DNA of 64,000 nt, taken from the IMG/VR virus record IMGVR_UViG_3300017963_000257, positions 9,681 to 73,680 of that record; one strand, given 5' to 3'. The stretch's first letter is position 1. Each line of letters begins with the position of its first letter. The DNA is from a virus. The position numbers and the translations under genes are program-made. The notes beneath the pieces were generated by a model. That model was not told the DNA's origin, did not search any database, and was given only the letters and a program-made list of their open reading frames with translations. Shown piece by piece: positions 9,681 to 20,294 of the stretch.

Positions 9681-10301
9681 ATGACAATCGGATCAGAGAT
9701 CACGAGTATGCTGGCAGGTGTGGGGGCGGCGTACACGATTGTACGCGATGCCGGAAACATATCCGGTGAATACGCGACTTACCGCCATACTTCCCAGGCC
9801 ACAAAGCCGATCACGCTGGAGCATTTCAAGAGGGCCAGGATAGCATATAACACCTCCGCTGAGGCTGGGGATGTCATCGAGTTTGACGTGAGTACCGAAC
9901 GGTTTCTCGTCACAAATATGCTCCCAAAGATATTTGAAGGAAACCTGGCGTGGTACGATTCCATCCTCTATAAGTGCAATGTCAACAGCGGCGAACTCAT
10001 GCGGCCAAGCGGTGAAGTGAGAGACCCCAACACTTACCTGAAGGAGACACAGTGGCAAAGCGTCAAGGATAACTGTGATGCAATGCAGGTGGCGGCCCTA
10101 TACGGAAACGAGCTGGAGGATGAACAAGAGCTGGCCCTGTTGGGCCTATCCAAAAATGAGGTCTATCTGCCTCATTCATATGGGGCTCAAGTGCTCGACC
10201 GGTGGAAACCTGCATCCGGAGAATACTACCAGGTGAGCATAGTGGAAACGCGCCGGTTTCCTAATATAGACGTGTTAACCGTGGAGGAAGATCATAGATA
10301 A
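9681..10301 (+). CDS. Putative head-closure/stopper protein
   Basis: Two beta-barrel-like halves; synteny. Confidence 0.4.
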   Translation: MTIGSEITSMLAGVGAAYTIVRDAGNISGEYATYRHTSQATKPITLEHFKRARIAYNTSAEAGDVIEFDVSTERFLVTNMLPKIFEGNLAWYDSILYKCNVNSGELMRPSGEVRDPNTYLKETQWQSVKDNCDAMQVAALYGNELEDEQELALLGLSKNEVYLPHSYGAQVLDRWKPASGEYYQVSIVETRRFPNIDVLTVEEDHR

Positions 10302-10320
10302 ACACCCATTGGAGGTGAAA

Positions 10321-12372
10321 GTGAAAAAGAAAGTTCTATTCGTGGGCCTGCATCCACATAGCGGTATAGGGAATGGAAATATGATGTCCGCTATTACATC
10401 CCAGGTGGATACCGAAAAGTATGAGTTCTCCTGCTTTTGTGCCGAAAACGTCGATCCAATCGGAATTGCTTTCGACCCTCTCCCCTATACCCTTATAGGC
10501 GCTACATCACGAAACGATTACTGGGGCAAGGCACGTCTGATAAGCCTTCTCCAGCGATTGGACCTGGACATTGTGTGTTTTGTTGGGATCGATATCTGGC
10601 AGTATTATGAAATTTGGAAGAACATTATCCAATTACGTGATTCCAGAAAATTTAAGATCGTATATATCTTCCCATACGATGTGCAAATGATCAGGTTGGA
10701 TTGGGTCAAGTGGATAAACGATTGCGATATGCCGTGTGTTTACTCCCAATACGGGTTTGACACACTGAAAGATCATGTTCCGAACCTGCGGTACTTTCGG
10801 CCTCCGCTTCTGAACAGCGAGAAATTCATGAGGCTTGAAAACCGGAATGCGGTGAGAAAAACACTTTTTCCAACGGTTCCGAGTGACAACCTGGTCTTTG
10901 GATATGTTGGCGTGAACTGCGTAAGGAAGGCCCCGGAGCGATTGCTGAAGGCGTTTACCGAAGCTAAAAAGCAATATCCGAAGATGAATCTTTACATGCA
11001 TACAAGGATTGACGGGTATCACAACTTGAGGCAACTCGCCAAGGATTTTGGGGCGCGGTCTGGTGATTTGATCGTGAAGGTTCCGGGGACGTACAATATA
11101 GACAAAATGGTTGGTCTGTATAATGCCATGGACTGCTTGGTAAACTGCTCGATGCAAGAAGGGCTATCGTGGACCCCACTGGAAGCCATGCTGTGCGAAA
11201 CGCCTTGCATTCTGACGGATACGACAGCTCAAACGGAGTTGGGACTGGGCGTTGCCGAAATGGTGCCATGCAACGACGATGCCTTTGTCCCCATGGTAAC
11301 GGAAGGGGGAGAGTCTGAAATCGAGGCGAAGGCACCCCGCGTTGCGGATATCAGGAGGGCCATATTGAGGGTTGCCAGGGATCCTGAGTTGAGAAAGGGC
11401 ATGGCCGAAAGGGGGCTTGAGAGGGCCAAAGAATGGGTTGCCGGCGTTGACGATATCAACGATGTTTTCAGCGACATTGTGAACCAAAAACCAAAGCCGA
11501 AAATACAGAAGGTGTTGTTCGCCCAGCATTCATCGGCCGGAGATGTCCTCATGACAACCCAGTGCCTTAAGGGGATTAAAGAGAGACATCCCAACATGAA
11601 GTTGACCTACATGACCCAGTCTATTTACACCGATATCGTTGAGGGAAATCCGTACATAGACGAAATCATTGACTGGGATTACCAGCTGTTGAACAGGTAT
11701 CAGGTTGTTTACTCCCCTCATGAGGATCACATTCTGCCGGGCGGTTTCAATAATCTGGATGTCAAACTTTACTCCATGTACCCGTATTTCTGCAAGGTGG
11801 AGGCGGATGAGATATTTATCAAGCCTGAAATGCCAGACCTGAAGATGTTTGGAGATTTATTCTGGAAAGCCGATCCAGACAGAGATGTTGGAGCATATGG
11901 ATATAACGATTTCATCGTAGTACACACAACCGGAGGAAGCCGGATGTACCGATCGTATCCTCACATGGATATTGTCCTGAAGGGGATCGGTCTTCCAATC
12001 GTCCAGTTAGGCGGTGCCTCAGATATCAGGTGTAAATCAGATCTGGATCTGTGTGGAAAACTGACCTTTAGGGAGAGTGCATGGGTCATGAAGCACGCTA
12101 AGGCTGCCGTTGTGATTGACAGCTTTCTGTCCCATTTGGCCGGTGCTGTTGGGACCGATGCCGTATGTCTGTATGGCCCGGCGCCTGCGAGAGTGGTTGG
12201 CCCCAGGGCGCAGTACGGAGCCAGGATCATCAATCTTCAACCGGATATGCTGGCCGTGTGCAAAACCATGAGTCACTGTTGGGGAACCAACCCGCAATGC
12301 ACTTCGCCATGCATCCACTCAATCTCACCGTTGAAAGTGAGAAAAGCTTTGGAGGAACTATTAAATGGTTAA
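10321..12372 (+). CDS. Fused glycosyltransferase (GT4 N-terminal + GT9-like C-terminal)
   Basis: YVGVNCVRK, EGLSWTPLEAMLC (GT4); SAGDVLMTTQ, NPYIDEI, IDSFLSHLAGAVG (GT9/heptosyltransferase-like); GTG start after SD GGAGGT. Confidence 0.85.
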   Translation: MKKKVLFVGLHPHSGIGNGNMMSAITSQVDTEKYEFSCFCAENVDPIGIAFDPLPYTLIGATSRNDYWGKARLISLLQRLDLDIVCFVGIDIWQYYEIWKNIIQLRDSRKFKIVYIFPYDVQMIRLDWVKWINDCDMPCVYSQYGFDTLKDHVPNLRYFRPPLLNSEKFMRLENRNAVRKTLFPTVPSDNLVFGYVGVNCVRKAPERLLKAFTEAKKQYPKMNLYMHTRIDGYHNLRQLAKDFGARSGDLIVKVPGTYNIDKMVGLYNAMDCLVNCSMQEGLSWTPLEAMLCETPCILTDTTAQTELGLGVAEMVPCNDDAFVPMVTEGGESEIEAKAPRVADIRRAILRVARDPELRKGMAERGLERAKEWVAGVDDINDVFSDIVNQKPKPKIQKVLFAQHSSAGDVLMTTQCLKGIKERHPNMKLTYMTQSIYTDIVEGNPYIDEIIDWDYQLLNRYQVVYSPHEDHILPGGFNNLDVKLYSMYPYFCKVEADEIFIKPEMPDLKMFGDLFWKADPDRDVGAYGYNDFIVVHTTGGSRMYRSYPHMDIVLKGIGLPIVQLGGASDIRCKSDLDLCGKLTFRESAWVMKHAKAAVVIDSFLSHLAGAVGTDAVCLYGPAPARVVGPRAQYGARIINLQPDMLAVCKTMSHCWGTNPQCTSPCIHSISPLKVRKALEELLNG

Positions 12373-12574
12373 TTGGAAAGATTACAATAATATCTGGCTT
12401 GGTGACAGCGAAGTAGGCCAGGCAGAAGCCAAGAAAGCACTCTCAGAACTGATTGAGAGGTGTAAGATCGTAAGAATTTCATCCAAAGATGATTTTGCCC
12501 CAAACCCAATTGAACCCCACACGAAGTTTACGGGGAAACGTTACGTCTTTTTGGAGGTACTGGAACCATGCTGA
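12365..12574 (+). CDS. Hypothetical protein
   Basis: Translationally coupled within operon. Confidence 0.5.
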   Translation: MVNWKDYNNIWLGDSEVGQAEAKKALSELIERCKIVRISSKDDFAPNPIEPHTKFTGKRYVFLEVLEPC

Positions 12575-13308
12575 TTGGAATGAAGGGACTCGATGAGGAA
12601 AAAATGGTCAAGCCCGTCATTGGGGACATCCATGACGAGCCATGGGTAAGCCGGATCATTGTGATCGATGGTTGGAGTTCAGACGATACCGTCATTGAAT
12701 TGAAGGAGTTCCCAAAAGTCGAGGTTTATTCCCACAAGTGGGAGAAATGGTTTCATGCCCAGGAGATCATTCAGTCGAATATCCTGCTCCAGTATATTCC
12801 TCTTGGGGAGATCTTTTTCATCCTTGATTTTGACGAACAGTGCTCTCCTGAACTGAAGGTGTTGCTTGCCGATATCGACAAAAACGGTATGCCGGACGAT
12901 GTGGACTGCGTTCATGTATCCCGGAAATCCTATGAGCTTATGAGGTTCGATGATTCACCGTTTGCTATGCCCGACCCTGATACCGGATTCTGGATCAAGT
13001 CTCACCAGATTGGCCAGTACCCCGATTTTCAACTCAGGATTATTCGGCGGAAACTGGGGATGCAATGGGTCAACTCCCCTCATCATGTCATGTGGGGGTT
13101 TGAGGAGGGCCTATGGACCAACAGGAACATCGAGGCTGACCTGATACACTACCATGGCAAAGAGGATGCCAGGGACAGATACGGCATTGAGCGTCAATGG
13201 CTGAGACATCAAGCCCGAAGGAAGGAATTGGGCCTGGAGGCAGATGTTTTCGAGTGCGATCCAAAACCAGAGATGGCCCGGTACGCTGATCCGGAGTATT
13301 GGAGGTAA
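12568..13308 (+). CDS. GT2-family glycosyltransferase
   Basis: IIVIDGWSSDDT, ILDFDE (DxD), YPDFQLR. Confidence 0.8.
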   Translation: MLIGMKGLDEEKMVKPVIGDIHDEPWVSRIIVIDGWSSDDTVIELKEFPKVEVYSHKWEKWFHAQEIIQSNILLQYIPLGEIFFILDFDEQCSPELKVLLADIDKNGMPDDVDCVHVSRKSYELMRFDDSPFAMPDPDTGFWIKSHQIGQYPDFQLRIIRRKLGMQWVNSPHHVMWGFEEGLWTNRNIEADLIHYHGKEDARDRYGIERQWLRHQARRKELGLEADVFECDPKPEMARYADPEYWR

Positions 13309-13312
13309 TCCT

Positions 13313-13504
13313 ATGAAATTTGCAACCGGAGGTGTTGTCCCTGAAGTTGATAAGGCCGAAATACTCCAATCCATCATATTGGAACGAGGGACTGTTTTTG
13401 TTCCAAGGTCTACCCTGTCTAAATATGGGGAGGTGTTCCTCAAGAAACTCAATGGTGGAGACCCTGAAATTGTTGTGATTGATGAGGAAGGAAACGCTAA
13501 ATGA
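13313..13504 (+). CDS. Hypothetical protein
   Basis: SD GGAGGT then ATG 13313 (MKFATGG). Confidence 0.45.
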   Translation: MKFATGGVVPEVDKAEILQSIILERGTVFVPRSTLSKYGEVFLKKLNGGDPEIVVIDEEGNAK

Positions 13505-14355
13505 AGCCCATTTATGAAATGTATATCTGCAACATCGACATTACGAACTACTGCAATATCGGGTGTATCTATTGTTCGAGGCATATCCGACACGTCCGGA
13601 AAGATCAGCGGTATCACATGAGCCTTGGGGATTTCAGGAAGGCCCTCGAATCCCTGGTGGATTGGCCCGGGCAGATCGGAATCAGCGGCGGGGAACCGAC
13701 CCTGCACCCTGAATTCGATGGAATCTGCGAGATCATACGGCAATTCCCGCGGCCTGCAGGAAAGCAATACCAGCTTTTTACCGCGTGCGGTCCCCGATAT
13801 GAGAAATTCAAAGAGATGTGCAGGGGCACCTTCTGCTGTATCCACGAAAATCCGCATGATGATATGCAGAAGGAAATATGTCTACATCAGCCCTCCCTCG
13901 TATCAGTTGGGGATGTTGTCAAAAGCAAAGTCCTCCAGGAGAAGCTGATCGATGACTGCTGGGTGCAGGCGAATTGGGCACCCATTGTGAACTCGAAAGG
14001 CGCTTTCTTCTGCGAAATAGCCGGGGCGTTCGACATCATCCTCGATGGTCCAGGGGGATGGCCAGTTGAGCCCGGATGGTGGAACAAGACGCCGGATGAG
14101 TTTAGGGATCAGAGAGACCGGTATTGCCACAAATGCGGTATGCCCGTCCCGCTGAAAAGGCAACTTTTAAATGACGATATGGAGTGGATCTCGGAAGGCC
14201 TATTGAGCGAGTTCGAAGACAAAGGATTACCCGGTACAAAGAGGATGAGGCCGTTTGCAAGAACCCTCATGAACAGGGAGATTGAAAAGAACAGGGAGAC
14301 CTGGGACCCCGGCAACTATCGTCAGGATTTGAGAAAAGACAAGTGGCAAACATGA
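13501..14355 (+). CDS. Radical SAM enzyme with auxiliary Cys-rich domain
   Basis: CNIGCIYC, GGEPTLHP, C-terminal CW/FFCE/CHKC. Confidence 0.85.
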   Translation: MKPIYEMYICNIDITNYCNIGCIYCSRHIRHVRKDQRYHMSLGDFRKALESLVDWPGQIGISGGEPTLHPEFDGICEIIRQFPRPAGKQYQLFTACGPRYEKFKEMCRGTFCCIHENPHDDMQKEICLHQPSLVSVGDVVKSKVLQEKLIDDCWVQANWAPIVNSKGAFFCEIAGAFDIILDGPGGWPVEPGWWNKTPDEFRDQRDRYCHKCGMPVPLKRQLLNDDMEWISEGLLSEFEDKGLPGTKRMRPFARTLMNREIEKNRETWDPGNYRQDLRKDKWQT

Positions 14356-14879
14356 GAAAGAACTTTTACGAGGTGTTCGGGTACACAAACCCCATGGAAT
14401 GCATGACGCTACAAAGATTCGGCTTAAACGGATCGTGCCTTGAGATTGGGGCGTTCTACGGGAAGTCCACGGTGGCCATGGCGGAGGTGGCCATGATCGT
14501 CTATACAGTGGATACCTTTAAGTCGGATAAGATGGGAGAACGACAACTGGATGTTATAACGACCTACGACCAATTCATCCAGAACATTAAGGGTTACGAC
14601 AATATCGTTATTGTGGAAGGTATGTCCTATGACGTTGTTCCAAAGATCCAATTGAAGTTTGACCTTGTGTTCTTGGATGGGCTTCACACATATGAAAACA
14701 CGGCCATGGATATCAGGATATGCTGGCCGAAACTAAAGCGCGGTGGAACAATGGCCCTTCACGACTATGGGTTCTATAAACACCCCGGGTGCAAAGAAGC
14801 GTTCAATGAGCTGCTCGGGGAACCAGAGGGAATCCAAGACACGGTAGCGTGGGTTACCAAAAGGAGAACGTCCCTGTGA
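14352..14879 (+). CDS. Class I SAM-dependent methyltransferase (Methyltransf_24-like)
   Basis: LEIGAFYGKST, FDLVFLDGLHTYE, GGTMALHDY. Confidence 0.85.
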   Translation: MRKNFYEVFGYTNPMECMTLQRFGLNGSCLEIGAFYGKSTVAMAEVAMIVYTVDTFKSDKMGERQLDVITTYDQFIQNIKGYDNIVIVEGMSYDVVPKIQLKFDLVFLDGLHTYENTAMDIRICWPKLKRGGTMALHDYGFYKHPGCKEAFNELLGEPEGIQDTVAWVTKRRTSL

Positions 14880-15616
14880 AAATCTCAGTTATAACGGCAT
14901 GGGGAAGCGAACCGCAGTTAGCACCCTACTTCTGCAGGCACTATGCCTATGCCGATGAGATTCTTGTCCTAATGGGACCAGGGGAATGTGAGGAAACAAT
15001 CGAGATCCTATCGAAGTTCCCGAATACGCACTATCGTCTGATCGAATATCCCGATGGTAAATGGGATATGTACCGCAAACAGAAAGAGTTGTCGTGGGCG
15101 GCGCATAACGAAGCTCAGGGGGAGTGGGTTATTCTGGTGGATGCCGATGAATTCGTGTTTCCGATGGCCGGAGATAAGATCCCCATAATTGATCCGCGAG
15201 TGTTCCTTGGGATGGTCAATGATGGAAACGTTCTGTGCGCGTTCATGTGGCACGTTTACCGGAATGTCGAAGACACGGATTTGGATCCTGAAAGGGCGCC
15301 GCTGTTTCAACGGCGGCATGGTGATCCAGAGATAGAGCATCATTACATCAAACCGATTGTGGTTAAGCCAAATGAGAGCCATATCGAATGGCACATCGGA
15401 GCCCATAGATATTTTGATAACGAACACCTTAAAGTGTCGAGCAAGCGATTCGCGGGAGTTCACTGGCACTGGGCCGATGCTGACATAGCCATTGCGAGAC
15501 ATAATATGACGGCAGGTAGGATAATCTCTAAGCAGCAATGGTTGACCGATCCAATAGACGAAAACGTTATCCGTGCAAGGTGTGACGCACACAGGAACGA
15601 TCCGAGGTTGTTCTGA
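14876..15616 (+). CDS. GT2-like glycosyltransferase
   Basis: YFCRHY, WVILVDADEFV (DxD). Confidence 0.75.
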   Translation: MKISVITAWGSEPQLAPYFCRHYAYADEILVLMGPGECEETIEILSKFPNTHYRLIEYPDGKWDMYRKQKELSWAAHNEAQGEWVILVDADEFVFPMAGDKIPIIDPRVFLGMVNDGNVLCAFMWHVYRNVEDTDLDPERAPLFQRRHGDPEIEHHYIKPIVVKPNESHIEWHIGAHRYFDNEHLKVSSKRFAGVHWHWADADIAIARHNMTAGRIISKQQWLTDPIDENVIRARCDAHRNDPRLF

Positions 15617-15617
15617 C

Positions 15618-16094
15618 ATGAAATTAGATTATAGCGTAAAATGCACAAATGACGAATGTGATTGGGATGGAAATTCGAGCGATTGTAAAGGCCTTGATAA
15701 TCGTAACTGCCCAAAATGTAATTCCATTGTTAAAGAACAGACAGAGAAAGAGGCTATACCATGGAGAAAGCAAGGCCTATGGATAGAACCAGATACGCTT
15801 TTAGAGTCCTCCTGCATCATAATATGGGCGCAAAGAATTGATATTAAAACCGGCTCTTTCATGCCATGGACAGAAATAGCATGCATGCCAATAAGCGAAG
15901 AAGCTTTAAAGATAATCAAAAAAAGTGCTGTGGCTGGAACCTATATTACTTGCGAACGCCCCTGGAGAGATCACTGGGGAATTTGCCATCATGAATGGGT
16001 GGAGACAAAACAAGATGTGTTCAAATGCACAAAATGCGGAGTGTTTTGTGAGGATGCTATTGTTGTGAAAAAAATAAAAGAGTATTTGGAGTGA
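15618..16094 (+). CDS. Cys-rich (zinc ribbon) hypothetical protein, AT-rich insertion
   Basis: CTNDEC, CPKC, CTKC; visibly more AT-rich than neighbours. Confidence 0.55.
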   Translation: MKLDYSVKCTNDECDWDGNSSDCKGLDNRNCPKCNSIVKEQTEKEAIPWRKQGLWIEPDTLLESSCIIIWAQRIDIKTGSFMPWTEIACMPISEEALKIIKKSAVAGTYITCERPWRDHWGICHHEWVETKQDVFKCTKCGVFCEDAIVVKKIKEYLE

Positions 16095-16101
16095 AGATTG
16101 A

Positions 16102-16626
16102 ATGATCGAACAGCTTTACAAAGAACGTTGCGAAAAAGTAACGGACATTAACCAGCACCTCCCCCTTTTAAGGGAGCTGGCAGAATCCGTCAATCATGTG
16201 ACGGAGTTTGGCGTCAGGTTCGGCAACTCAACCGTTGCATTAGCCGCGGCCCAGCCAATGATGCTGGTATCCTATGATATCGAACCGATTCCGAAAGACC
16301 TTGAGGCTAAGATCGTGGCGGGGATGCCAAGGTTTGGATTCCGGTTTATCCAGGCAAACGTGCTTGAGGTTGAGATTGAGCCAACAGACATGCTGTTTAT
16401 CGACAGCCACCACACGTACAAACAGCTCAAAGAGGAATTGAGGCTTCATTCTGGAAAGGTGGCCAAGATCATTGCGTTGCACGACACGGAATTTTTCGCA
16501 AAGGTCGGACAGGACGGATCAACCCCAGGCCTGTGGCAGGCGGTAGAGGAATTCATGGCTGGAGGTAAATTTACCAACATGGACCATTACAGCAACAACA
16601 ACGGCTTAACGGTGCTTTGGCGATGA
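16102..16626 (+). CDS. Class I SAM-dependent methyltransferase
   Basis: TEFGVRFGNST, DMLFIDSHHTY, ALHDT, NNNGLTVL. Confidence 0.8.
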   Translation: MIEQLYKERCEKVTDINQHLPLLRELAESVNHVTEFGVRFGNSTVALAAAQPMMLVSYDIEPIPKDLEAKIVAGMPRFGFRFIQANVLEVEIEPTDMLFIDSHHTYKQLKEELRLHSGKVAKIIALHDTEFFAKVGQDGSTPGLWQAVEEFMAGGKFTNMDHYSNNNGLTVLWR

Positions 16627-17297
16627 AACTGATTGAAGCGGCACAACAGAGAGAGAAAGGTCAGATCCTCAGATGGACACATTATTTTGAGGCCTATGAC
16701 TTCCACTTTCAAGGACTGAAGCCCAAGAGACTCCTTGAGATTGGCGTCATGGGTGGAGGGTCCCTATGGATGTGGAAACGGTACTTCCCGGGTGCGGAAA
16801 TCGTTGGGGTTGATATCGATGAGAAGTGCCGGCAATGGGAGGATGAGGTCAAGGGGGTCAAGGTTTTTGTCGGTGATCAGGGTGACGTCGGTTTCTTGAA
16901 GAATCTTAACGAAATTGTTGGCCCGTTCGACATCATTATTGACGATGGAAGTCACAAGATGGACGACCAGCAAACCTCATTGGCTTTACTATTCCCCACT
17001 ATGCCGGATGGAGGAATTTATGTAATAGAAGATCTCCATACGTCTTATTGGCCTACTTGGGGAGGGTCTGTCATTGGTGGTAACACGACTCTTTCATTCC
17101 TAAAAAACATTATTGGATTTATCCATAACTGGGCAAAAAGATCACACGAAGCCCAAACTTCCAATGACTACCTTGTCCCGGATAATTACTGGGAAAAGAA
17201 CGTATCCTCCATGCACTTTTACGATTCCATCTGTTTCATCTACAAGACTGGCCATGGCCAGAACAAGCTGGGCGAGGGAGGGGAATGGCATGGGTAA
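16623..17297 (+). CDS. Class I SAM-dependent (sugar O-)methyltransferase
   Basis: LLEIGVMGGGSL, GVDID, DIIIDDGSH, GGIYVIEDLHTSYW. Confidence 0.85.
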   Translation: MKLIEAAQQREKGQILRWTHYFEAYDFHFQGLKPKRLLEIGVMGGGSLWMWKRYFPGAEIVGVDIDEKCRQWEDEVKGVKVFVGDQGDVGFLKNLNEIVGPFDIIIDDGSHKMDDQQTSLALLFPTMPDGGIYVIEDLHTSYWPTWGGSVIGGNTTLSFLKNIIGFIHNWAKRSHEAQTSNDYLVPDNYWEKNVSSMHFYDSICFIYKTGHGQNKLGEGGEWHG

Positions 17298-17862
17298 TCC
17301 ATTTATAGAGGTCGTTATCCCGTATGAGCCCTGCAAGAACGCTGGGAAAGCGTACAACCGGGCGATGGAACATGCATCTGACTGGGTTCTTATTTTGGAT
17401 CATGACTTATTTCTGTGCAACCCAAACTGGTACGAAGCGGCCCTTGACGCCGTAATGAAGATTGGACATAGGGCCGGGTGGATCTCTGCGGTTACAAACA
17501 GGACCCCTTGTGGAGTTCAAAAATCTTCCGGGTGCCCGGAAGGAAACGACAATCTGATTGACCATATCAGATGGGCCGAAAAAGTGTGGCGGCAGCACGG
17601 AAGTTCCACTATTCGCCATGATGGCCTTGGGTACACCGGATTTTGGATTCTGACCCACAAAGAGGCCTGGTCAAAGGTTGGTGGGTTTCCCGAAACCAAA
17701 GGTTTTCACGTAGATGGGGATTACTGCAAGGCCCTTTGTAATGCGGGGTACGAGTTTCATGTAATGCCAGGGGTTTACGTCTATCATTTGATGGACCGAA
17801 AGAACGAAGTCTGGAAATGGAATCACTGGAAAAACTACGGGGTTGATTGGAGTGTGCTGTAA
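17290..17862 (+). CDS. GT2-like glycosyltransferase
   Basis: GKAYNRAM, WVLILDHD, KVGGFPE, YVYH. Confidence 0.75.
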   Translation: MGNPFIEVVIPYEPCKNAGKAYNRAMEHASDWVLILDHDLFLCNPNWYEAALDAVMKIGHRAGWISAVTNRTPCGVQKSSGCPEGNDNLIDHIRWAEKVWRQHGSSTIRHDGLGYTGFWILTHKEAWSKVGGFPETKGFHVDGDYCKALCNAGYEFHVMPGVYVYHLMDRKNEVWKWNHWKNYGVDWSVL

Positions 17863-17888
17863 TGCTTGTGGCATGAGGAGGCGATCTT

Positions 17889-18170
17889 ATGTTTTGGATA
17901 TGTAAAATGTGCGGCCGGTCAGTACGGCAGGAGAAAAAACCGAAATGCTGTTATGCGGATTGCATGGATAGCATTGAGAATATCAGCGATGAGGACGCCG
18001 GGAAGATGGGGCTCTTTATCCCTGAGGGTGAGAGGTTCGAGTTTCCGGGTGATGTCCGATGGGATCCGGATACCGGCAAGAGAATCGAGGCCCCGCTGGA
18101 TTATGCGCAGGGGCAGTTCTACACCCAGCGGGAGTTCCAAGAATCCATAATGGAAAGGGTGAGGGCATGA
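17889..18170 (+). CDS. Hypothetical Cys-containing protein
   Basis: SD GAGGAGG; CKMC...CCYADC. Confidence 0.5.
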   Translation: MFWICKMCGRSVRQEKKPKCCYADCMDSIENISDEDAGKMGLFIPEGERFEFPGDVRWDPDTGKRIEAPLDYAQGQFYTQREFQESIMERVRA

Positions 18171-18385
18171 TCTCTGATGTTTTACAAGAACTTTTCGAAA
18201 TGAAGGCTGGAAACAAAGAGATGGCCTTTTTCTACGATCCAGAGAGTGAAGACTGGGAGTGCCATTTTGGAAATACAAGCGAATTTGTAATGCTTGGTGA
18301 GGCATCGGGTGAATTTATAACTTCAGGCAAAAGTTTGCTGGAAGCTGCCGTCAATATGAAGTTTCTTTTGAAAGGATCAGCATGA
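18167..18385 (+). CDS. Hypothetical protein
   Basis: ATGA overlap with upstream gene. Confidence 0.45.
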   Translation: MISDVLQELFEMKAGNKEMAFFYDPESEDWECHFGNTSEFVMLGEASGEFITSGKSLLEAAVNMKFLLKGSA

Positions 18386-19221
18386 TCTCAATCGCCATAA
18401 ACCTCGATACTCGCCCCGGTTTCCTTGAGCAAAAGACCGAGCAGGGGACCATGCTCAACGGGACCCGATCTCTCGATTTCTTCACCGATGGGATCTTGAA
18501 TAAGGTACGGTTCTTTGAGGGTCACGACATTGAGGTGACCGTGTTCATTGATGTCCATGACCCATTGCCAACTGAAACAGAAGAATGGCTTTTGACGCAG
18601 CATTTCAGAGGACTGATCAATAACTTGGTATTCAACAAGCACACAGAACAGTATCTTGGAGAATTTTTTCCAAAATTCAATGACCTCAATTTTCTGAATG
18701 CCATGATCCTAACAAGAGGTGACTACCTCGTGCATTTCGATGGAGATATGGCGGCCTTCATTAAGGACAGGAATGTCATCAAAGAGTGGCTATCCTGGCT
18801 TGACAGTGGCCGATTCGATTTCATCTGCTATCCAAGCCAGTATTCCCCGGCGCCTGCAGTGGATGGCCGGTACAAATCGTACTGGTGGAGCAGCACTCGT
18901 TTTTTCATCTGCAAGAGGGAATTCATTGATTACACAGAAATCATTAAATGTTTAAGAAGTTCAGAGTACCTGTATGGAAAGTACGGCACTGAAAATGAAC
19001 CACGTAACCCATGGCTTGAACACGTGCTCGGGATGATGGCTGGAGGACAGGAAAGAGTCTTCTATCCCCCGATTCAATCAAAAAGGTACCTGATGTTTTC
19101 ATGGTCGAGATACTTTTCTGGAGTTTTAGCGAAGCTGAATGAATGGCCTTACGAAAAGGTCGTTGAGTATGTTGGCGGGATTAGCTATCCATGCGATGTT
19201 TCAGCAAAGGAGATGAGATGA
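18382..19221 (+). CDS. Probable GT-A fold glycosyltransferase
   Basis: GDYLVHFDGD (DxD); context. Confidence 0.55.
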   Translation: MISIAINLDTRPGFLEQKTEQGTMLNGTRSLDFFTDGILNKVRFFEGHDIEVTVFIDVHDPLPTETEEWLLTQHFRGLINNLVFNKHTEQYLGEFFPKFNDLNFLNAMILTRGDYLVHFDGDMAAFIKDRNVIKEWLSWLDSGRFDFICYPSQYSPAPAVDGRYKSYWWSSTRFFICKREFIDYTEIIKCLRSSEYLYGKYGTENEPRNPWLEHVLGMMAGGQERVFYPPIQSKRYLMFSWSRYFSGVLAKLNEWPYEKVVEYVGGISYPCDVSAKEMR

Positions 19222-20294
19222 AAATAGCACTCACAGGGAATGTCTTCCCGTTCGGAATCGGCCATGCTTATGGTGGCGAAAGAATCCTCGGGTATCTGGC
19301 CAAAGGGTTGGTCCGGTTGGGCCATGAGGTTTATCTATTCGCAAGGGAAGGAACCAATGTTCCAGAAGCGACAGATTACATCCCGGTAGGGCCCCTGACC
19401 AATGCGTATGATGTCCACTTTGAGGCGGCCAAGGAGTATTTTGAAAAAGCCGGGTTTGAACCTGATATTTATTTCTGCGGATACTTCGGGGAGGGCTGGT
19501 ATCCGGAAACGCAAGAGCGATGGCCATACTGTGAACTCACATGGAATGTCTGGTGTCATGCGGCGTGGCAGCTACAACAGGTCCCGTTTAACGTGGTGTC
19601 GTACTCCTGCGTTCTGCAGTCAGATTTCAGGGTGCAGGGGATTGAAACCACGATGATCCACTATGGGATACCGCGAGACCTGTATGCTTTTCAGCCAGAC
19701 AAGGATGACTATGCCTGCTGGATCGGCAAGCTGGAGGGGGGAAAGGCTCCGCGTATCGGGATTGAACTGGCCAAGGCTGCTGGCGTTAAGCTGGCAATCA
19801 TGGGACCGCCGTATAACACAGGCACATTCTGGAACGAGGTTTGCCCTTTCATCGATAACGAGAACATATTCTGGGTGCGCGGTGTTGATGACGGTATGAA
19901 GTACGAAATCATGAGCAAGGCCAAATGTTTGATCTACACGAATGACAACACATGGAAGGAGCATTTTGGGATCATTATGGCCGAGGCCCTGGCCATGGGA
20001 ACCCCGGTTGTGGCTATGAACCGGATCAATCAGGACTGTTCGGTTGTGGTAGACAAAATCATCGACCACGGAAAGCACGGATTCATCCTCAATTATGGGG
20101 ACTCCACCAATCTCCAGGAGATCCTCGACACCGGCGTACCCCTGATCAACCGGATTCACGAGATCGACCCTGCGGATTGCCGGGAACAGTTTGAGAAAAG
20201 GTTCACGGCCGAGCTGATGTCCAGGCGTTATGAATGGCTGTTTGAACGAATTGCACAGGGCGAACGATTTACCAGCGTGGAGGTGCCGTTTTGA
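19218..20294 (+). CDS. GT4 glycosyltransferase
   Basis: YGGERI...GHEVYLF, EHFGIIMAEALAMGTPVV. Confidence 0.88.
   Translation: MKIALTGNVFPFGIGHAYGGERILGYLAKGLVRLGHEVYLFAREGTNVPEATDYIPVGPLTNAYDVHFEAAKEYFEKAGFEPDIYFCGYFGEGWYPETQERWPYCELTWNVWCHAAWQLQQVPFNVVSYSCVLQSDFRVQGIETTMIHYGIPRDLYAFQPDKDDYACWIGKLEGGKAPRIGIELAKAAGVKLAIMGPPYNTGTFWNEVCPFIDNENIFWVRGVDDGMKYEIMSKAKCLIYTNDNTWKEHFGIIMAEALAMGTPVVAMNRINQDCSVVVDKIIDHGKHGFILNYGDSTNLQEILDTGVPLINRIHEIDPADCREQFEKRFTAELMSRRYEWLFERIAQGERFTSVEVPF

Noticed and set aside
1435-15619. Long antisense ORFs opposite late genes (e.g. 1435..2169, 5112..5717, 13111..13857, 15008..15619)
   Set aside because: They are shadow frames of well-supported + strand genes, with no motifs or SD.
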